The notes under the pieces were generated by a model. That model did no database searches. It saw only the letters and a program-made list of their open reading frames with translations, and was not told the DNA's origin. The position numbers and the translations under genes are program-made. From IMG/VR virus record IMGVR_UViG_3300043470_000556, positions 1 through 61,091 of that record: a DNA stretch of 61,091 bases, one strand, 5' to 3'. Positions 58,624 through 61,091 of this stretch are shown piece after piece (positions within the stretch are counted from its first letter, which is position 1; every line of letters starts with the position of its first letter). Source of the DNA: a virus. Its lineage: Duplodnaviria; Caudoviricetes.

Positions 58624-59742
58624 TCAACGGATAATATCGATGGTATCAATAGTGTCATTATTCCAAACTTCAAGATTATGTCGCAATCTTCCGTCGGATT
58701 TAAGAGTTTCGTACCTCGACGACGCTTTTTTCTTCCACCAGCGAATAATATTCTCTGAATAGTGCTTGTCAAAGTTTTCTTTGCTCTTGATCAGCGTTTT
58801 ATCGGTTCCGAGAATGTAATTTTTAGAATTTTCGTACCCATAAGTCGAAATATAAAACCGTTTTTGCGTTGTAACGTCTTTGTTCGCTTGAATTGCGTTT
58901 GAAAATGCCAAAAGTTCGCTTGAATTGTGATATTTTAGCGAATTTTTGATAATTGACATCATTTTGTTCTGCATTTTCATTTTATACGACGCAATTCCTT
59001 CTCGACCGAACAAAGGTTCGCCATTATTCTTGCTCGCAAACCAATTTAGCGTCTCAAACCAAAATTCATCGGAGAATGATAGGAGAAAATTGCTAACAGT
59101 GTCGCCAGTGTACCGCAAAAATGGTTTTAGACCATCATATTGCGATGCTTGCTTGATATTCCCGTATAATGATGTCGTCTCAAAGAGGCAAGTTTCCATG
59201 TCATACTTCTTATTGAACATTTCACGAAATTCATGAGAAGCACAAAGAAGTGCGAGCAGTTTACCACCGAGATAATTGAAACCGAATGGTTGTGTAGGGA
59301 CAATGATGAATCCCATAACAGCATGTTTGTTAAATCTCTTTAGATCGGGGACTTGCCCGAACCATTCATTTCTCGGTCTAGAATTAATGAATGGACTTGC
59401 GACTCGACAGAAACCAACATACTTACCGCTGTTCTTTTCACGAACAATAAACTTAATTTCTTTACCGAATGAGTTTTCGTTGCAGAATGAAGAAGTAATC
59501 TCCACCATGGTTGAAAACTCGCTGGCAGTTGGTTCGAAAATCTCAAACTCCATATCTTCTGGGTGCATGTTAAAATCAGAGAACAACATATTCTCTGGTT
59601 CACAACCTGGAAGTGTGGCGGGAAGAGTTTTAAGTCTCTCAAGTTTTTTCATGCGCATGTGGTCGTCGATACGATTATAGTTTGACATATAATCGATGAA
59701 TCGACGACCAATATATTCTGCGTCTGCTTTTTCTAGTATCAT
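58624..59742 (-). CDS. DUF4338/DruA-like protein (GNAT-like fold)
   Basis: Motif F.V.E...GKYVG...SP.IN..PR...IVP.QPFGFNYLGGKLLALL...ETTSLYG...SQY.GL. Confidence 0.65.
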   Translation of the reverse strand: MILEKADAEYIGRRFIDYMSNYNRIDDHMRMKKLERLKTLPATLPGCEPENMLFSDFNMHPEDMEFEIFEPTASEFSTMVEITSSFCNENSFGKEIKFIVREKNSGKYVGFCRVASPFINSRPRNEWFGQVPDLKRFNKHAVMGFIIVPTQPFGFNYLGGKLLALLCASHEFREMFNKKYDMETCLFETTSLYGNIKQASQYDGLKPFLRYTGDTVSNFLLSFSDEFWFETLNWFASKNNGEPLFGREGIASYKMKMQNKMMSIIKNSLKYHNSSELLAFSNAIQANKDVTTQKRFYISTYGYENSKNYILGTDKTLIKSKENFDKHYSENIIRWWKKKASSRYETLKSDGRLRHNLEVWNNDTIDTIDIIR

Positions 59743-59748
59743 TAACTG

Positions 59749-59777
59749 ACTATACTACATTTACAGAGATAAGTCAA
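59749..59777 (-). promoter_or_regulatory. Sigma70-like promoter TTGACT-17-TATAGT
   Basis: Intergenic, with the same -35 hexamer as the promoters at 34815, 35707 and 49293. Confidence 0.65.
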
Positions 59778-59779
59778 TA

Positions 59780-60589
59780 CTAAAATAGATCCGCTAGAGA
59801 AGATTCTACCTTACGATACTTCTTGTTACGGTCATGGAGTTTCAACTCTGCGTGACCAGTGGTTTCTCGGATATACATTGTGCAAAGTTCGGGGAACTCA
59901 TCAGCAATAATCTTCACGCTGTCATACACATATTCCTTAGTGCGAACATCTTGAAGACCACCTTCTTCTTTGTAGTAACGAGACTTGACCGTGTAGTTGT
60001 CAAGACGAGCAAGAACACCATTCTTGATATACTGGCGAATAGAATATTCGTAATCTTCGCCGTGGTTGGTTACTCGAGCGAGAAAATCATCATGTTCAAC
60101 AATCACACCAAACATCGAGGCAATGATATAGCAAATGTCATTGTATACTCGATCTTTCATAAAGAAAGCATTTGATGCTGCGTAGATACCAAAGGTCTTA
60201 GCACCTACCTTTTCACATTCTTCAAATCCACGAATAAAGATTTCTCGCTCGAGATCTTCGACACGACCCAACTTCTGTTCGCTGATTTTAACTTGAACTT
60301 CTTCAATGTCATCATCGAACATCATCAGTCGTGTACCTTCCGGATACCAACGTTCAATAAAGTTACGTTGTGCGCCGATAGTTGGAACACCGCGAATAAT
60401 CTCGATATCCTTAGCGTAAGGGTTTTCCTTTAGCGCATTAGCATATCGGTCATACTCACCTTCTTCCTGATCATTAACAAAGATCTTGATTTTAGCAGGA
60501 TCGATGTTGTATGATTCAAGAACTTTCAATGTCTTATTCTGAACAGTCTGTTCGCGATGATAAGACGGAATAGCAATACTATATTCCAT
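59780..60589 (-). CDS. TET-associated glycosyltransferase (TAGT/GREB1-like, GT-A fold)
   Basis: Motif IAIPSY.R...RNFI...MFDDD...EDYE.S...GG.Q..R; TAATG-coupled to the oxygenase. Confidence 0.75.
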   Translation of the reverse strand: MEYSIAIPSYHREQTVQNKTLKVLESYNIDPAKIKIFVNDQEEGEYDRYANALKENPYAKDIEIIRGVPTIGAQRNFIERWYPEGTRLMMFDDDIEEVQVKISEQKLGRVEDLEREIFIRGFEECEKVGAKTFGIYAASNAFFMKDRVYNDICYIIASMFGVIVEHDDFLARVTNHGEDYEYSIRQYIKNGVLARLDNYTVKSRYYKEEGGLQDVRTKEYVYDSVKIIADEFPELCTMYIRETTGHAELKLHDRNKKYRKVESSLADLF

Positions 60590-61089
60590 TAAAATAGATC
60601 TCCAAGTGTTGATGATGTTTGGTATGCTTTAGGGTGATACTTGGCGACTGTATCTCGACCAAGTTTAGATTCAAGGTAGTCATACCATTCTTGTTCGTCC
60701 CACATTCCTGGAGATACTCCATTCCAGAGTGGACGATAGTGATGATGTTCTTTGTTAGTTCTACGGTCAATAACATATTGCTCGCGAGTTGTCTCGTATT
60801 CATATGAACCAAGTTCTAGCATGTTTTCGCGCAGATAACAAACCAACGAAATACGCTCAGCATCTGGACGTGTTAGTTTAATCTCAGTGTTACCATGGAT
60901 AATCTCGTGATTGCTCACAAGCAACAAGTCACCTGGACGAACATTCACTGCGATACGATACTCGGGGAATACTAGATAACCACCAGTATAGTCACCACTA
61001 CCAACGACCAGAAGATTGCTGAGACCATCAGCAAAGTCACCAGCGTCGCGATGCGCTGCTGTACGGAAGGACTTGTTGACAGTGATGGT
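60589..61089 (-). CDS. TET/JBP-like 2OG-Fe(II) oxygenase (partial; start beyond the window)
   Basis: The frame is open to the window end. TITVNKSFRTAAHRDAGD (HxD)...GGYLVFPEY..AVNVRPGDLLL...H..HGNT...RISLVCY.RE (H and RxS). Confidence 0.8.
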   Translation of the reverse strand, partial: TITVNKSFRTAAHRDAGDFADGLSNLLVVGSGDYTGGYLVFPEYRIAVNVRPGDLLLVSNHEIIHGNTEIKLTRPDAERISLVCYLRENMLELGSYEYETTREQYVIDRRTNKEHHHYRPLWNGVSPGMWDEQEWYDYLESKLGRDTVAKYHPKAYQTSSTLGDLF

Positions 61090-61091
61090 GG

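Noticed and set aside
58624-59742. Complete Druantia defence system
   Set aside because: No DruE-type helicase or other dru genes are present; only a lone DUF4338-like gene.
1-61091. Alternative genetic code or restriction-site avoidance
   Set aside because: Core genes are full-length under the standard code with TAA, TAG and TGA all used as stops. Motif depletion cannot be judged without k-mer counts.

Overview
A 61-kb fragment of a large T4-like (myovirus) bacteriophage genome. It contains no bacterial housekeeping genes. From left to right: (1) 1-26.2 kb, a minus-strand late baseplate/fibre module: a partial aromatic/Gly-repeat fibre-like protein missing from the ORF track, a DUF4815-type 2099-aa virion protein, gp8, gp7-like, gp6, gp25, a gp5 split into two genes, a gp27-like hub, gp53 and gp48. 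(2) 26.3-31.6 kb, a plus-strand block of gp4, gp2, gp54-like, gp26, gp51 and a tape-measure-like gene, with a candidate -1 frameshift joining gp26 to gp51. (3) 31.6-37.4 kb, gp32, gp59, gp33, a SleB-type hydrolase, a circularly permuted two-piece tmRNA, an exonuclease, phoH and a DenV-like gene. (4) 37.4-48.8 kb, a tightly coupled biosynthetic cluster: six radical-SAM enzymes, a carbamoyltransferase, a 2OG-Fe(II) hydroxylase, an SGNH-like protein, a methyltransferase-like protein and a 32-aa ORF. (5) 48.8-50 kb, small genes under divergent sigma70-like promoters. (6) 50-57.3 kb, an operon behind a late-promoter motif that joins curli secretion genes (csgF, csgG, two curlin-repeat proteins) to a FecR-domain protein and a CHASE2 adenylyl cyclase. 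(7) 57.3-61.1 kb, a putative DNA hypermodification module: a TET/JBP-like oxygenase, a glycosyltransferase, a DUF4338/GNAT-like protein and a nuclease. The best candidates for undescribed systems are the curli-FecR-cAMP module, the six-rSAM cluster and the gp26/gp51 frameshift. All family calls come from motifs recognised by eye; no database searches were run.
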